Shown here in pieces: positions 25,715 through 35,845 of a stretch of DNA of 54,206 nucleotides (the stretch's first letter is position 1; each line of letters begins with the position of its first letter). Under the pieces are notes generated by a model. That model was not told where the DNA came from, made no database searches, and saw only the letters and a list, made by a program, of their open reading frames with translations. The position numbers and the translations under genes were made by a program. The stretch is taken from the IMG/VR virus record IMGVR_UViG_3300023174_000215, positions 1-54,206 of that record, one strand, 5' to 3'. This stretch comes from a virus. Its lineage: Duplodnaviria; Caudoviricetes.

Positions 25715-26113
25715 TTATCCTTTAATAATAAATGCGTATGAAATTTTTGGTGGCAACATCTCATCAATGTCGCTTTCTGTGAGAAGCCCTTTGTAAACGG
25801 CAGCCATAACAGCGTCTTGGTCAATCTGGCGGACCTTAGGTGCACACTCATCAAGCAAATCTTTTTCAGTAAGAATTTGCATAGCAACTTCTGTATTTAA
25901 TGGGTTAGATACTTTTCTTTGCTTTATAAGTTTAGCGTCACCAAATTCAAAAACAATATGGCCTTTGCTATCTACTTCACCATAAGACTCTGTGGCATCA
26001 TTTAAACGCTTTTTTAATTCAGCTTGTCTTTCAGAAAGCATATCTATCTGTTCTTTAAGAGATAGATATTGTTGAAGCGTTTGTTCAACATCTTTAATGT
26101 CTGGATTAGACAT
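25715..26113 (-). CDS. Coiled-coil hypothetical protein
   Basis: AGGGGG RBS before ATG 26113; N-terminal coiled coil. Confidence 0.75.
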   Translation of the reverse strand: MSNPDIKDVEQTLQQYLSLKEQIDMLSERQAELKKRLNDATESYGEVDSKGHIVFEFGDAKLIKQRKVSNPLNTEVAMQILTEKDLLDECAPKVRQIDQDAVMAAVYKGLLTESDIDEMLPPKISYAFIIKG

Positions 26114-26137
26114 AGGCACCCCCTAGTGTTGAGGGCA

Positions 26138-26166
26138 ACGATATTGTGCTATTTAATCCTTGTCAA
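26138..26166 (-). promoter_or_regulatory. SigA-type promoter
   Basis: TTGACA-17 bp-TATCGT on the minus strand; -35 lies in the last codons of the RHH gene. Confidence 0.75.
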
Positions 26167-26299
26167 GATAGGTTTGCAGGGCGCCAATAATCACACTAGT
26201 AACGGTGACTTCTTCTTCTGCAGCCTTTTTCTGGACAGCTTTCCACAGGTCATCTGGCACACGGATAGTGCGTGTGGGGGTTTTAGGTGCGTTAGGCAT
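26153..26299 (-). CDS. Ribbon-helix-helix DNA-binding protein (not in ORF track), leaderless
   Basis: MPNAPKTPTRTIRVPDDLWKAVQKKA...TVTSVIIGALQTYL; TAAAAT 6 nt before ATG. Confidence 0.8.
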   Translation of the reverse strand: MPNAPKTPTRTIRVPDDLWKAVQKKAAEEEVTVTSVIIGALQTYLDKD

Positions 26300-26316
26300 T
26301 ACACAATTTTAGCAGG

Positions 26317-27906
26317 TTACACCGTTGAAAGAGATAAGAAAGCTCTCAAACTACCTACATTTAAAGGAACTCCACCTTTATCGTCAATGCCTTCTCCGTC
26401 AATAATAGCGTTTGCAATTGAAGATTTCTGTTGTAGAGCATCGTATTGGCGCTCTTCAATAGAACCACCAATCAAAATATCTTGAATAACTATTGTCTGC
26501 CATGTTGACGAAGCTCGTTTAATTCTTCCGTTTCTTTGAATGGCAGCGCCAGAACTCCACGGAAGGTCATAATTAATAAGAAGGTTAGCGGCAGGTAAAT
26601 CAACTCCATACCCACCAGCGTCAGAGCTAATAAGAACGCGAATGTTAGGCTCTGTATTGAAGGCAATTTTGTTCTCCTCTTTAGTCTTAGCATCTAATTG
26701 ACCTGAGTAAAGTCGACATTGTTCTGGCCCCAAATTTTGAGCAATCATATCTAGCATGTCTACAAAAGTAGCAAAGATAACTACTTTGTTTTCTGGGCTT
26801 TGGTCTAAGAAGTCATTGACATACTCTAGAAGGGTATCCAACTTAACTGAGTTAACTACGCCATCTAAATGTCCCGCAGCTACAAGTTCTGCAGCGTAAG
26901 CGGAGCCTTGTCCATTTTGGTCATTAAACTTCTTAGCGCTGGTTCGTATTAAATTTGGGTGGGAACATAATTGTTTAAGCGCACCAATCTTGGACATAAT
27001 CTTGCCACGCATTTCATCTTCTTTACCGCCACGAGAGTTGTCGTAACCGTAATGAGCCAAGATATTAAAAGAGGTGCCAAACATGCTTTGTGCTTCATCT
27101 AAGTCATGGAGTAAATCGCCTTGAATGCGGTCGTACAACTTTGCAGACTTGCGGTCAAAGGTAATGAGGATGGGGTCTTTATGAATTGAGTCTGGCAAAA
27201 ACGGAGCAACGTCTGCATCTTTTTGGGCTTTACGAACTGACGCCTCTTTCATCTTCTCGTGTAGTACTGGAAGATTACGGTATCTATCTACCCCACCCCA
27301 AGAATTGCGAACAATAAAAGCTGAATCAAAGATGTCAAAGCGCCCTAATACCTCTGAGTCAACAAACTGCATGATGCTATAGAGCTCTTCTGGTTTTCCA
27401 TTTTCAATAGGAGTTCCAGTAAGCGCAAATTTATATGGGGAGTTAGTTAATTTTTTTGTGTACTTTGACCGTTTAGATTTGAAGGATTTAATGGCGGTTG
27501 CTTCGTCAATGACGACAAATCCTCTGGGAAGCTTCTTGACGGAATCCCAGTCGTTAACAACTTGCTCGTAGTTAAGGATGATGTAATCAACCTTTGTAGT
27601 GCGCCAGTTGTATGCGTCTTCGTATTGAAGTGCCCGTTTCTTCGGCGTTCCATCAATAACCAAAGCTTTAGAAGTGCCACTTGTAAATTTCTCAATCTGA
27701 TTAGCCCACTGGTATTTAAGTGAGGATAAACAGATTACCAAACCTGGCTCAGTAATTTTGCCCGAATCCATGAGACGTTCTACAGCGGCAATAGTGAGGA
27801 CTGTCTTGCCTAGACCAAGGTCATAGGCCACCAACATCTTCTGCCTTTCACACATGCGGTTAACAGCCTCAGGCTGGTAAGGCAGTAGCGTTCCCGTAAA
27901 AGTCAT
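26317..27906 (-). CDS. SNF2-family helicase/ATPase
   Basis: LGLGKT, DEAT, LTGTPIEN, QRNGRIKR. Confidence 0.92.
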   Translation of the reverse strand: MTFTGTLLPYQPEAVNRMCERQKMLVAYDLGLGKTVLTIAAVERLMDSGKITEPGLVICLSSLKYQWANQIEKFTSGTSKALVIDGTPKKRALQYEDAYNWRTTKVDYIILNYEQVVNDWDSVKKLPRGFVVIDEATAIKSFKSKRSKYTKKLTNSPYKFALTGTPIENGKPEELYSIMQFVDSEVLGRFDIFDSAFIVRNSWGGVDRYRNLPVLHEKMKEASVRKAQKDADVAPFLPDSIHKDPILITFDRKSAKLYDRIQGDLLHDLDEAQSMFGTSFNILAHYGYDNSRGGKEDEMRGKIMSKIGALKQLCSHPNLIRTSAKKFNDQNGQGSAYAAELVAAGHLDGVVNSVKLDTLLEYVNDFLDQSPENKVVIFATFVDMLDMIAQNLGPEQCRLYSGQLDAKTKEENKIAFNTEPNIRVLISSDAGGYGVDLPAANLLINYDLPWSSGAAIQRNGRIKRASSTWQTIVIQDILIGGSIEERQYDALQQKSSIANAIIDGEGIDDKGGVPLNVGSLRAFLSLSTV

Positions 27907-27910
27907 AGTC

Positions 27911-28456
27911 CTACCCTAACAGAACCTTAATCTTCTCCATTAGTTCTGGCATATCACTATTGTTTTCAATAACCGCATCAAAATGCCAATTATCTAAATC
28001 GTGCTCCGATATGTGGTCATTTACGGCTTCAACATTAGGACGGTTAATCCGCCAAATTTGACCGCCTTTACTTTTAATAGCTTTTGCTTCGTTGATAAAC
28101 CTAACGTCTGTTATAACAACGTTTTTATCATATCCCCACCAAGCGTTTCCAAATTGGTTTGTTACTTGGTTTACCCAAAATGCATCTCCAAAAAGTTTTC
28201 TTGCGCCTACTCCAAGGTCTTGAAGAAGACGGCGAACTTCTGGAAATTCGGTCTTTGCTACTTCCCAAGTTTTAGAATCAACAATGTCTTGTAGTCTAAA
28301 ATCCATATAATTGTGCATAACAAGTGGGTCCATCTCATAAAGAAGTTCACGAATTTTGTCAGCAAATGCAGCTTGTTCATAACCGTGAAGCCCCATAAGC
28401 ATTCCTGCAACAGTGTCTTTTCCACTGCGTGCGTATCCTGATAAACCAATAATCAT
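27911..28456 (-). CDS. Deoxynucleoside monophosphate kinase
   Basis: GYARSGKDT, FADK, RRLLQ.LG, TDVRF.NE, HISE. Confidence 0.9.
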   Translation of the reverse strand: MIIGLSGYARSGKDTVAGMLMGLHGYEQAAFADKIRELLYEMDPLVMHNYMDFRLQDIVDSKTWEVAKTEFPEVRRLLQDLGVGARKLFGDAFWVNQVTNQFGNAWWGYDKNVVITDVRFINEAKAIKSKGGQIWRINRPNVEAVNDHISEHDLDNWHFDAVIENNSDMPELMEKIKVLLG

Positions 28457-29382
28457 AGGAAAGCCTTTCGTCCGTGTATTGAGTGCTTTGCGTTGTCTAA
28501 GCCGTACATTATCTCAGCCTTGCTCATTCCGCCAACATCTTTCATCTCTGTATTAGAATAGTTAAAGAACCAACATTCCATGCCCATAGCCTTAGCGTAA
28601 TCAAGTAAAGCTTGGGAAGAGACACGACCAGCCTCGTCATTGTCCATAGCAAATACAATCCGCTCAGCAGAACGTATTAGTTTTAATTGAGAGTTAGATA
28701 CCGCAGAACCGTAGGTACTGATTCCACCAAATACTCCAACGGATGCAAGTCTTGCTACATCTAATGGTGATTCAACAACAATCATTTCCCCGCCATTAAA
28801 TTGCTGATAGCCAAAGAGTGTAGAACTTTTGTTAACACCTGTTGGATAGTTGCGGAAATAGCGCCCTCTATAACCCTTTTCTTGCCACCCTAATAACTTG
28901 TTGGTGTACGGGTCTCTAATAACCGTAATCCAATTTTCTTTGCGGTTATCCCACAAAATTTCATAGTAGTTAGCGGCCACTTCTGTAATGCCACGAGACT
29001 TCAATGCATCGGATGGTGGGCTATCAAATGCACTTAACATTGACTCTGTAACAGGATTACTTTCTACCTCTAATGGTGCGGGAGTCATCATGCGTTCAAA
29101 AGCTTTAGATAAATTAATATCGCTTGTATTAATCCAAGCTTTGGCTTCTTCAAACCCAATGCCTTGGCAGTACTCAATCAAAGAGGCAAGGCTCCCACGG
29201 AACTTACAGGAGAAACAGTTGTGTGCCCCTGTCTCTGCATTAATAGACCACGAAGGGTTGTTGTCTATCTTTCCTGTACGACTAAAGTGAGCGGGGCAGT
29301 GGCCCTTAACTTCTGAGCCAGTAACGCTAATTACTTCTATACCTAATCGGTCTAGTACGTCTTCCATCTCTTCATTAGTCAT
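28453..29382 (-). CDS. dnaG: DNA primase (Zn finger + Toprim)
   Basis: CPAH...CFSC; VES.LD; DNDEAG. Confidence 0.9.
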   Translation of the reverse strand: MTNEEMEDVLDRLGIEVISVTGSEVKGHCPAHFSRTGKIDNNPSWSINAETGAHNCFSCKFRGSLASLIEYCQGIGFEEAKAWINTSDINLSKAFERMMTPAPLEVESNPVTESMLSAFDSPPSDALKSRGITEVAANYYEILWDNRKENWITVIRDPYTNKLLGWQEKGYRGRYFRNYPTGVNKSSTLFGYQQFNGGEMIVVESPLDVARLASVGVFGGISTYGSAVSNSQLKLIRSAERIVFAMDNDEAGRVSSQALLDYAKAMGMECWFFNYSNTEMKDVGGMSKAEIMYGLDNAKHSIHGRKAFL

Positions 29383-30608
29383 CAGTAGTCCGTCGCTTCA
29401 ATCTCTCGAAATTGTCCTGTGTTCCAATCCCACAATAAGGATACTTCTGCGGGGCCAGAGTTACGACTAGCAATAATCTTTAATAATCGTGTGTCATCTA
29501 CATTCTCGTCTTCTCGTTGAAGCCCGAAAATAACATCTGCGTCTTGATGGAAGGAGGATGAATAACCAATTGCATCAGCGGTTACTTGTCCATTACGCAT
29601 CTTGTTATTAAGCACCTGAGTAGAGATAACAATTGGTTTGTTAACCCGTTGAGCTAAGCGTTTAAGTGAACGAGTAATGTTAGTAAGAGCCTGCGGGGTA
29701 TTGGCCTCACCAGTCTGCTCATCAATCATTAGATAAGTACCGTCAATAAAAACAATGTCAGGTTGCAAAGTTTGAATCTTGCTAGCAATACCTGAAACGG
29801 TAGAACCCTGTGCGGAGTCAATTAACCAAAAATTCTCACGCATTCTTTCAATACCTTGGAGGATGCGCTTGTACCGTGCTTCTTCTTCTGCCGTTAAAGA
29901 GCCAGTTTGCAAACGAGTATGGGAAACACGAGAGCGCATTGCGTCATATCTAGAAAGCTGTTCTACGTTGCTCATTTCAAAAGACTGAAACATAGGAACC
30001 TTGCCTGACATATGCACGTTCTGTGCAATCTGTAATGCAAGTGTTGACTTACCAGTTTTTGGTGGAGCCACAATAACAATTAACTGACCGTTTTGTAATC
30101 CACCAGTTGCGGTATCCATTGTTGGAAAACCTGTAGGAACTCCTAAAAGTCCTGGGTTATCTTTGCGCCATAAGTAATCGTCCCAACGTTTTAATGGGTC
30201 TTCTTTAACGTTAACATCAGATGTCTGTGACAAGCCATCTTCATCAAGTTTAACGATGCCACGTTGAAGAGAAAGCAACGCGGACTCGTGGTCCTTGTGT
30301 TTTTCAATGAACTCAATTGCATCACCAATCATAGAAACTGTAGAAGCTTTTCTACGACTAGAAACTAATGAATCCAAAATGTATTCGACGCTATCGGTTA
30401 CTTCCATAACCTTGTAGGAAGGGAAGTTATCTTGTATTACTTCAACGCTTGGGCACTCCCCGTACTTAGTAAAGTGGGTGCGAAGAAGGTTCCAAACTTT
30501 ACGGTCTTCATTATCTAAAAACCAAGAGTCATTTACTTTGCGAGTAAACAAAGGAGTTAAGTCGCGGTCACTAATAACTTTGCTAAGTAGCTGCGTCTCT
30601 TTGTTCAT
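29382..30608 (-). CDS. dnaB: Replicative DnaB-like helicase
   Basis: PTGF, APPKTGKS, FEMS, FIDG, QDAD. Confidence 0.92.
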   Translation of the reverse strand: MNKETQLLSKVISDRDLTPLFTRKVNDSWFLDNEDRKVWNLLRTHFTKYGECPSVEVIQDNFPSYKVMEVTDSVEYILDSLVSSRRKASTVSMIGDAIEFIEKHKDHESALLSLQRGIVKLDEDGLSQTSDVNVKEDPLKRWDDYLWRKDNPGLLGVPTGFPTMDTATGGLQNGQLIVIVAPPKTGKSTLALQIAQNVHMSGKVPMFQSFEMSNVEQLSRYDAMRSRVSHTRLQTGSLTAEEEARYKRILQGIERMRENFWLIDSAQGSTVSGIASKIQTLQPDIVFIDGTYLMIDEQTGEANTPQALTNITRSLKRLAQRVNKPIVISTQVLNNKMRNGQVTADAIGYSSSFHQDADVIFGLQREDENVDDTRLLKIIASRNSGPAEVSLLWDWNTGQFREIEATDY

Positions 30609-31012
30609 AGCTGTTTGAAGTCCAATCCCCAGTGACCGTATCTCATAAGGCGAGTGGGCAAATCTAGCACCCCAATTACTTCTGGTCTATAGGGAAGTTC
30701 ATTAATCAAATGGTCTATAGATTCATAAACTGTAAAGTAGCGAAAAGGATTGGTACCCATATGGTCTAACTTATCCACAACTAAACTGAGCTCTTCTTCG
30801 TTTAATGTAAAGGAGGCTAGCTCCATTGTGTAACCAATGTTTTGGGCAAAGACGTATAAACGGCTTAGTAGTGTTCTATTAAAAGTAGCTTTCTTATCTT
30901 TTACTGGAATAACTTTTAATCTTTTTTTAACCGTTACTTCATACTCAATGAAAGTATCAGAGATAACAATAACTCTTTTTGGTAGTTCGTTACTTATATC
31001 CCCTTTACGCAT
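30605..31012 (-). CDS. Hypothetical protein
   Basis: ATGA overlap with dnaB. Confidence 0.75.
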   Translation of the reverse strand: MRKGDISNELPKRVIVISDTFIEYEVTVKKRLKVIPVKDKKATFNRTLLSRLYVFAQNIGYTMELASFTLNEEELSLVVDKLDHMGTNPFRYFTVYESIDHLINELPYRPEVIGVLDLPTRLMRYGHWGLDFKQL

Positions 31013-31016
31013 TTTT

Positions 31017-31328
31017 TTACACGACCTCTATTTTCCCAAACTTTAGTACGAACTCTCTAAACTCTTTGTTAGAGGTTTGCGCTTTCTCTGCATCTTCTGA
31101 AGTTGCTCTGTAAGTAATCTCCAAAGGATAAGTGCCGTTATTGCTTTCAATTCTTGCGTAAACAAACTTAACGTGTTTGCAAGTCATTCTGCCCCTAAAC
31201 CCTGGGCAAGTGCAAACCAGCTTGTTGTTTGAGTCTTGACTTACTTCATAAACGCTAGGACCAGGGACGTTTCCCTGTGTAAGAAACACTTGTATAAGTT
31301 TCAAATCCTCGTTCACGTTTGCCTCCAT
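31017..31328 (-). CDS. SWIM Zn-finger protein
   Basis: YEV...CTCPGF....CKHV. Confidence 0.85.
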   Translation of the reverse strand: MEANVNEDLKLIQVFLTQGNVPGPSVYEVSQDSNNKLVCTCPGFRGRMTCKHVKFVYARIESNNGTYPLEITYRATSEDAEKAQTSNKEFREFVLKFGKIEVV

Positions 31329-32011
31329 CAGCGTAGGTCTCGTTCGCCGTCAATTGGAAGATACACGAACGCTTCTTTGGCAAAACTACCAGTTGCATCC
31401 CCGTATGTCGCGGTCCAGTTGTCACGAGATATATTAGTTGTAACAATAGTAGGCAAGCCGTTGTTAAACCGTGTTCTCAACACATGGTGCAACATGTTTT
31501 TCTGCCAACCAGAAAGACTGGAGTGTTCTTTACCCACATCATCAATGATTAACACACGGATGTTGTAGGCATCATCACGGCAATCACCCAACATGCCTGA
31601 GTATAAAATTTCTTCGGATTCAGTTGGGTTATCCATTAACTTGCCCTTGAGGTCTAATACATCGTTAAAAGTTGCAAAATAACAAGGGCGGATAAGAACT
31701 TTGCCCTCTGACGGGGCAAAAGCTTCTAGAGGAAAGTGCAACAGCATCTCTTGAATTGCCGCTAAGGCAAGAGTGGTTTTACCCCTACCTGGCTGTCCAT
31801 ACAAAAGGATTCCTCGGCCACAGGCGGGACTTCCAGCCTTGAGGATAATCTTTCCCTCCAGGGCTCCCACAATCCAGCGTCTAATGCCCGCCAGTGCCTC
31901 CTGAGGGGCATCGTTACAGTCTTCCAACGTCCAACCAAGACGGGCTTTTGGTATAGAAGCGGTTTGAACCCAAGCACGGCGCCTGACTTTTAATTCTGCT
32001 AACTGAAACAT
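31328..32011 (-). CDS. DnaC/IstB-like AAA+ helicase loader
   Basis: GQPGRGKT, IIDDVGKE, R...LPTIVTTN; start moved to ATG 32011 (TAATG). Confidence 0.88.
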   Translation of the reverse strand: MFQLAELKVRRRAWVQTASIPKARLGWTLEDCNDAPQEALAGIRRWIVGALEGKIILKAGSPACGRGILLYGQPGRGKTTLALAAIQEMLLHFPLEAFAPSEGKVLIRPCYFATFNDVLDLKGKLMDNPTESEEILYSGMLGDCRDDAYNIRVLIIDDVGKEHSSLSGWQKNMLHHVLRTRFNNGLPTIVTTNISRDNWTATYGDATGSFAKEAFVYLPIDGERDLR

Positions 32012-32853
32012 TAAAGCCCCTTCCAAGAATCTTCGGCTTGAACCTTAGCTGTGGCTAAGTCATCTGGGGTATTGATACGGACTCTTGCCTGGGCCGCTAA
32101 CTCTGAATAACGGCTAATAAAAATTTTCCACAAGGCATCAGCATCTTCGTACTTGCTAAAGTCCATTGAGTCAAAAAACAGGTTCATCATCTCTAACTCA
32201 ACCTGACCATCGGTATCAAACTTTTTGCGGTTCTGACCTAAAGCCTGAGTAAAGCGAGTACGGGTAACCTGCCAAGGTTTGATGTGCCAAATTTTGTGAA
32301 CGCGGTTTGAAAACTCAAACGCAACATCTGTACAAGACCAGTCTTTTGGTTGGCGGTTTTTGCGTTCAGTAAAACGCTTTTTCTGGTCAGCCTCTTTGAG
32401 GCTTTGATACTCAGCCTTCTTGTCGGCTTGGGCTTTTGCTCGCTCGTTACGGACTTCATCATCTTCGCTTGAGGTCTTATCAAAAAATTCATAACCCATT
32501 TTTAATCCCCCCTCACGAACTTCGTTTGTGGATTCGTAAAATATTATAGCTGAATTAGCATATTGGGTTATATGGCTATTCTGCTCAATGGGCTGTATCA
32601 GAGGACGGCTTTTCCGTCCCCAGGAGCTAATCTTCTTAAACCCTGTTTCAGTTACATATGAGACCGTTGTTATCCGATTTCCTACCCGTTCTTTACGGGT
32701 GACGATATATCCAGCATCGCGTAGTTCTTTTAATGCTGACCTCATTGCATCTCTGCCTTCGGAGAATCTCCGAGATAATTCTTTGGCGCTAACTGTGGCA
32801 TCGCTGTCCGCCAGATAGGCCAATGCACCCCAAGCTCTAAGGGATAACGTCAC
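32011..32853 (-). CDS. Replication initiator-like protein (N-terminal winged HTH)
   Basis: LSLRAWG...EGRDAMRSALKELRDAGYI; directly upstream of the loader. Confidence 0.7.
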   Translation of the reverse strand: MTLSLRAWGALAYLADSDATVSAKELSRRFSEGRDAMRSALKELRDAGYIVTRKERVGNRITTVSYVTETGFKKISSWGRKSRPLIQPIEQNSHITQYANSAIIFYESTNEVREGGLKMGYEFFDKTSSEDDEVRNERAKAQADKKAEYQSLKEADQKKRFTERKNRQPKDWSCTDVAFEFSNRVHKIWHIKPWQVTRTRFTQALGQNRKKFDTDGQVELEMMNLFFDSMDFSKYEDADALWKIFISRYSELAAQARVRINTPDDLATAKVQAEDSWKGL

Positions 32854-33515
32854 TTCTTACCTTTTGGCTTAACATCAAAGTCTTCTGCTAGTTGTTCTAT
32901 AACAGTAGCAGCAATCATCCGCGCCAAGCTATACATAGCGTCCATGATGGTTTCCTCAAAGTCTTCTTCTTCGTCCTCCTCTGCTTCATCCTCCTCTTCG
33001 TCCACATCTGGAACGTAGTCAGGGATAAATGGGATTGAGTCTGAAGTCGTTGCTTCAATTTCTGGCATAACAACCTTGACACTCTTTGTTGTAGGAGCGC
33101 CTAGTTTTAGTAATCCGTCAGTTAAATCAAAGCAAGGGATATTGTCTTCTGTGCAAAACTCAAGAAGTTCTAGAGTTTTTTCATCATCATCATTCCATAG
33201 AAGGAATGCGGCATTTGTCTTGCCCTCAATTAATTCAAGGGCGTGAACAACTGGGTTTTCAACCCGATTAAATTGTGCGGTATTAGTAATTGCATTTGTT
33301 TCTGAATCAGGTGTACAAAACACCGTAATGTTCTTTGCTTTATCTTTTGCAAACTGGGCTGCGTAAACTTGGCCCTGGCTAGGTCTTCCTTCAAAAGCTA
33401 AGACAAGTGTTCCAGCAGCTCCATTTGCATAGTAGTGGTCATCCATAAGAGCTTCTACATTTGCTCTACTGGTTTCACCGCTACCCGCGACCAAAACGTA
33501 ATATGGGTCGGACAT
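32850..33515 (-). CDS. Rossmann/SLOG-like protein with acidic tail
   Basis: VLVAGSG start; AAGGAGG RBS; fold inferred. Confidence 0.45.
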   Translation of the reverse strand: MSDPYYVLVAGSGETSRANVEALMDDHYYANGAAGTLVLAFEGRPSQGQVYAAQFAKDKAKNITVFCTPDSETNAITNTAQFNRVENPVVHALELIEGKTNAAFLLWNDDDEKTLELLEFCTEDNIPCFDLTDGLLKLGAPTTKSVKVVMPEIEATTSDSIPFIPDYVPDVDEEEDEAEEDEEEDFEETIMDAMYSLARMIAATVIEQLAEDFDVKPKGKK

Positions 33516-33553
33516 AGTTCCTCCTTGTTAGTGGAGGCTTAGCATACACAGAT

Positions 33554-33817
33554 TTAGCGTTCTGGCCCAACTGCCCGAACTACGGCGGGTTGGTAGGTAT
33601 TTAAACGTTCTGCAACTACTACTAGGGTTGTTCCTATGAAAGCTCCTGATAAAGAATAAAGAATAAAATTGCCCACGCCCGAAATATTTGCTAGGTAAGT
33701 GCCCAAAATAGATGAGAGCAGAGCCACTGTTAGTTTAAGTAGGGGCATAGACAAGAACGTATTAATAAGGGCTATAAAAAATGCGGCGCTAAAAGATATA
33801 AGGACTAAGGTCAGCAT
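33554..33817 (-). CDS. Small membrane protein (about 3 TM), possible holin
   Basis: Three hydrophobic segments; TACGAT 6 nt before ATG. Confidence 0.55.
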   Translation of the reverse strand: MLTLVLISFSAAFFIALINTFLSMPLLKLTVALLSSILGTYLANISGVGNFILYSLSGAFIGTTLVVVAERLNTYQPAVVRAVGPER

Positions 33818-33832
33818 TGACCTATCGTACTA

Positions 33833-35845
33833 CTAATCAGGTTGAGCAAACAACAGCTCAAATGTGCTGCCGTAAGTAGTCCATTCAGGAAGGGTAGCAA
33901 TTAATCGGCTTTGAACGGCAAAACGGTTGCGGTAATAATGGCTTCTACCAGCATTAGCAGCATCGCCTTCCCAAAAAAGGTCAGTAAGACTTGCTACTCC
34001 ATGGCTACCATCAAAGAAAGAGTTTACAAAAGAAGATTTTTCAAATAAAGCTGAATCTAAAGTTATTTTATTTCCTATTCCAACCGCCGTCCAATTAACT
34101 CCTACTACAGCAGAAACAGCACCAGCAGGGGCGGCTGCCGTTACAAAAGGACGAACAAATAAATTTGTAACTCCTGTTTGCGCTCCATTAACTGTGCTTA
34201 TCAATACATTGCTGCTGTTATACCATTTAATAAATGGGGTTAACGGACGGGTAACACCTGTTTGAGAAGTTGCAACATAAATGCTAAATGTGTAGTCATT
34301 TCCTGCAAGAACAGCAACTGGGTCTGAAGATATTCTTACATTTCCCGTTGCTAAAGATGTTGATTCTGCTGCCCCGTTACTAAGTGTTGTTACAGAGCTG
34401 TTTTGTGGAAGACCTGCTACATCTGTAATAATACTAAGAGTAGCATTTAGGGGCGTCCAATACGTTGTGCTGCCTTCAAAGTTAGGGTTTAATAACTCAT
34501 TAACTCTTGTAGCTTTCAAATTAATAATTATCTGTCGTGCATCTTGAAAATAAGTTGCAGAACTTCCTAATTCAAATTGAATTGCATCAAAATAATGAAT
34601 TTCACTAGAGGAAGCACTAGTAATTTTAAAATGTGGAACAGCATAATACGCTGTGGCAGGCGCAGTAGCTGTTTTAACTGAGCGTTTCCATTCGGTTGTA
34701 CTATTAGTTACACCAGTTCCAAACGTAGAAGTAGATATTAAGGTTCCAGTTCTTGTGTACCAAGCAATTGCAGCACTTACACTTCTTGTTGCAGAGTTTG
34801 CTCTAGAATACCCAGTAAGAGTATAAGAAGAACCTGCCGTTACTGGAATGCCGTATTGGCGTGCAGTTGTTCCGTCTAAAGCTATCTCTACCGTTGCGCT
34901 AGCTGTAGCAGTTACTCTAAGAATGCCTTTTTGTAAATTTGGAAAGTTTGTTTGTGATAATACTTCACTGTATCCAGGAACCGCACTATCTTGGTTAACA
35001 GATAGTTTAAGTAAGGTAGCATTAGAAACAGATGCCCAAGAACCTATTGTTTCTTCAAAAGAAGAGTCATTTTTATCAAGCATAAGGTTTTTACCTTGAG
35101 TTACAGTATTGTCATACCCAGCGTATGCTTTAACATACTCTTCAATACCAAGTTTGCTTCCTTTGTTCTTATACAAAGTCATAATGTTTCTAAGAAGGAT
35201 GCGTGATTGACGCATTCCCAATTCAGGTTCGTAATTAACTCCAAATTGTTTCATAAATACTGGAATAAGGGACCCGTTTAAATTTGAAACATCATAAAGG
35301 TTTAAGACGTTTTCTGCTTGTGTTTTATACAGGTCGTGGTTTAAAGCAAAAAGATTTAAAAAACGCTTAAGTACATCATTGTCTTGTTCAACTGATGTGT
35401 CGTAAGGAACTTGTGAAGTAAGAATAATTGGAAGGTAGTTATACATATTAGTTGCAGTATTAAAATCTTTAACCGATATTCCAATAGCAAGTCCAGCAAC
35501 CTGCCAGGTAGAGTATGTAGTTTCTCTAACAAAAAGGCTATAGTAATAAGCAACACTTTCTTTTAGACCAATGTTGCTTGGGGTCTGTCCTTCATCAAAA
35601 TAAGAGGTTCTTGATGTTGCACTAGCGTCTTCAAATAAAATGTCTCCATCATCTGCGGCTATTGGAAACCCAATTGGATTGCGAACAAGGCGCAAGTAGT
35701 CCCAAGTTCCTGTAGGAGTTGTCCAACTAAGTAATATTTTAGAATAACCGTAGGGTGTAGCAATAAAAGGGGAGGCGTTAAACTCTACAAGTGTAGTTGC
35801 CCCATAATACGAGGCACCATAGTAATCAATGCCATACTTTGACAA
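33833..35845 (-). CDS. Baseplate wedge/tail protein with carbohydrate-binding-like repeats
   Basis: LYKNKGS..GI motif of P2 gpI-like proteins; two N..FE...W beta-sandwich repeats; follows baseplate J. Confidence 0.75.
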   Translation of the reverse strand: MSKYGIDYYGASYYGATTLVEFNASPFIATPYGYSKILLSWTTPTGTWDYLRLVRNPIGFPIAADDGDILFEDASATSRTSYFDEGQTPSNIGLKESVAYYYSLFVRETTYSTWQVAGLAIGISVKDFNTATNMYNYLPIILTSQVPYDTSVEQDNDVLKRFLNLFALNHDLYKTQAENVLNLYDVSNLNGSLIPVFMKQFGVNYEPELGMRQSRILLRNIMTLYKNKGSKLGIEEYVKAYAGYDNTVTQGKNLMLDKNDSSFEETIGSWASVSNATLLKLSVNQDSAVPGYSEVLSQTNFPNLQKGILRVTATASATVEIALDGTTARQYGIPVTAGSSYTLTGYSRANSATRSVSAAIAWYTRTGTLISTSTFGTGVTNSTTEWKRSVKTATAPATAYYAVPHFKITSASSSEIHYFDAIQFELGSSATYFQDARQIIINLKATRVNELLNPNFEGSTTYWTPLNATLSIITDVAGLPQNSSVTTLSNGAAESTSLATGNVRISSDPVAVLAGNDYTFSIYVATSQTGVTRPLTPFIKWYNSSNVLISTVNGAQTGVTNLFVRPFVTAAAPAGAVSAVVGVNWTAVGIGNKITLDSALFEKSSFVNSFFDGSHGVASLTDLFWEGDAANAGRSHYYRNRFAVQSRLIATLPEWTTYGSTFELLFAQPD

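Noticed and set aside
5606-30608. Inteins or introns in NrdJ, RecA, PolA, SNF2 or DnaB
   Set aside because: ORFs are uninterrupted, of ordinary length, with no intein terminal motifs noticed
30771-30779. Single TTATCCACA DnaA box
   Set aside because: Isolated and inside a coding sequence; compatible with chance
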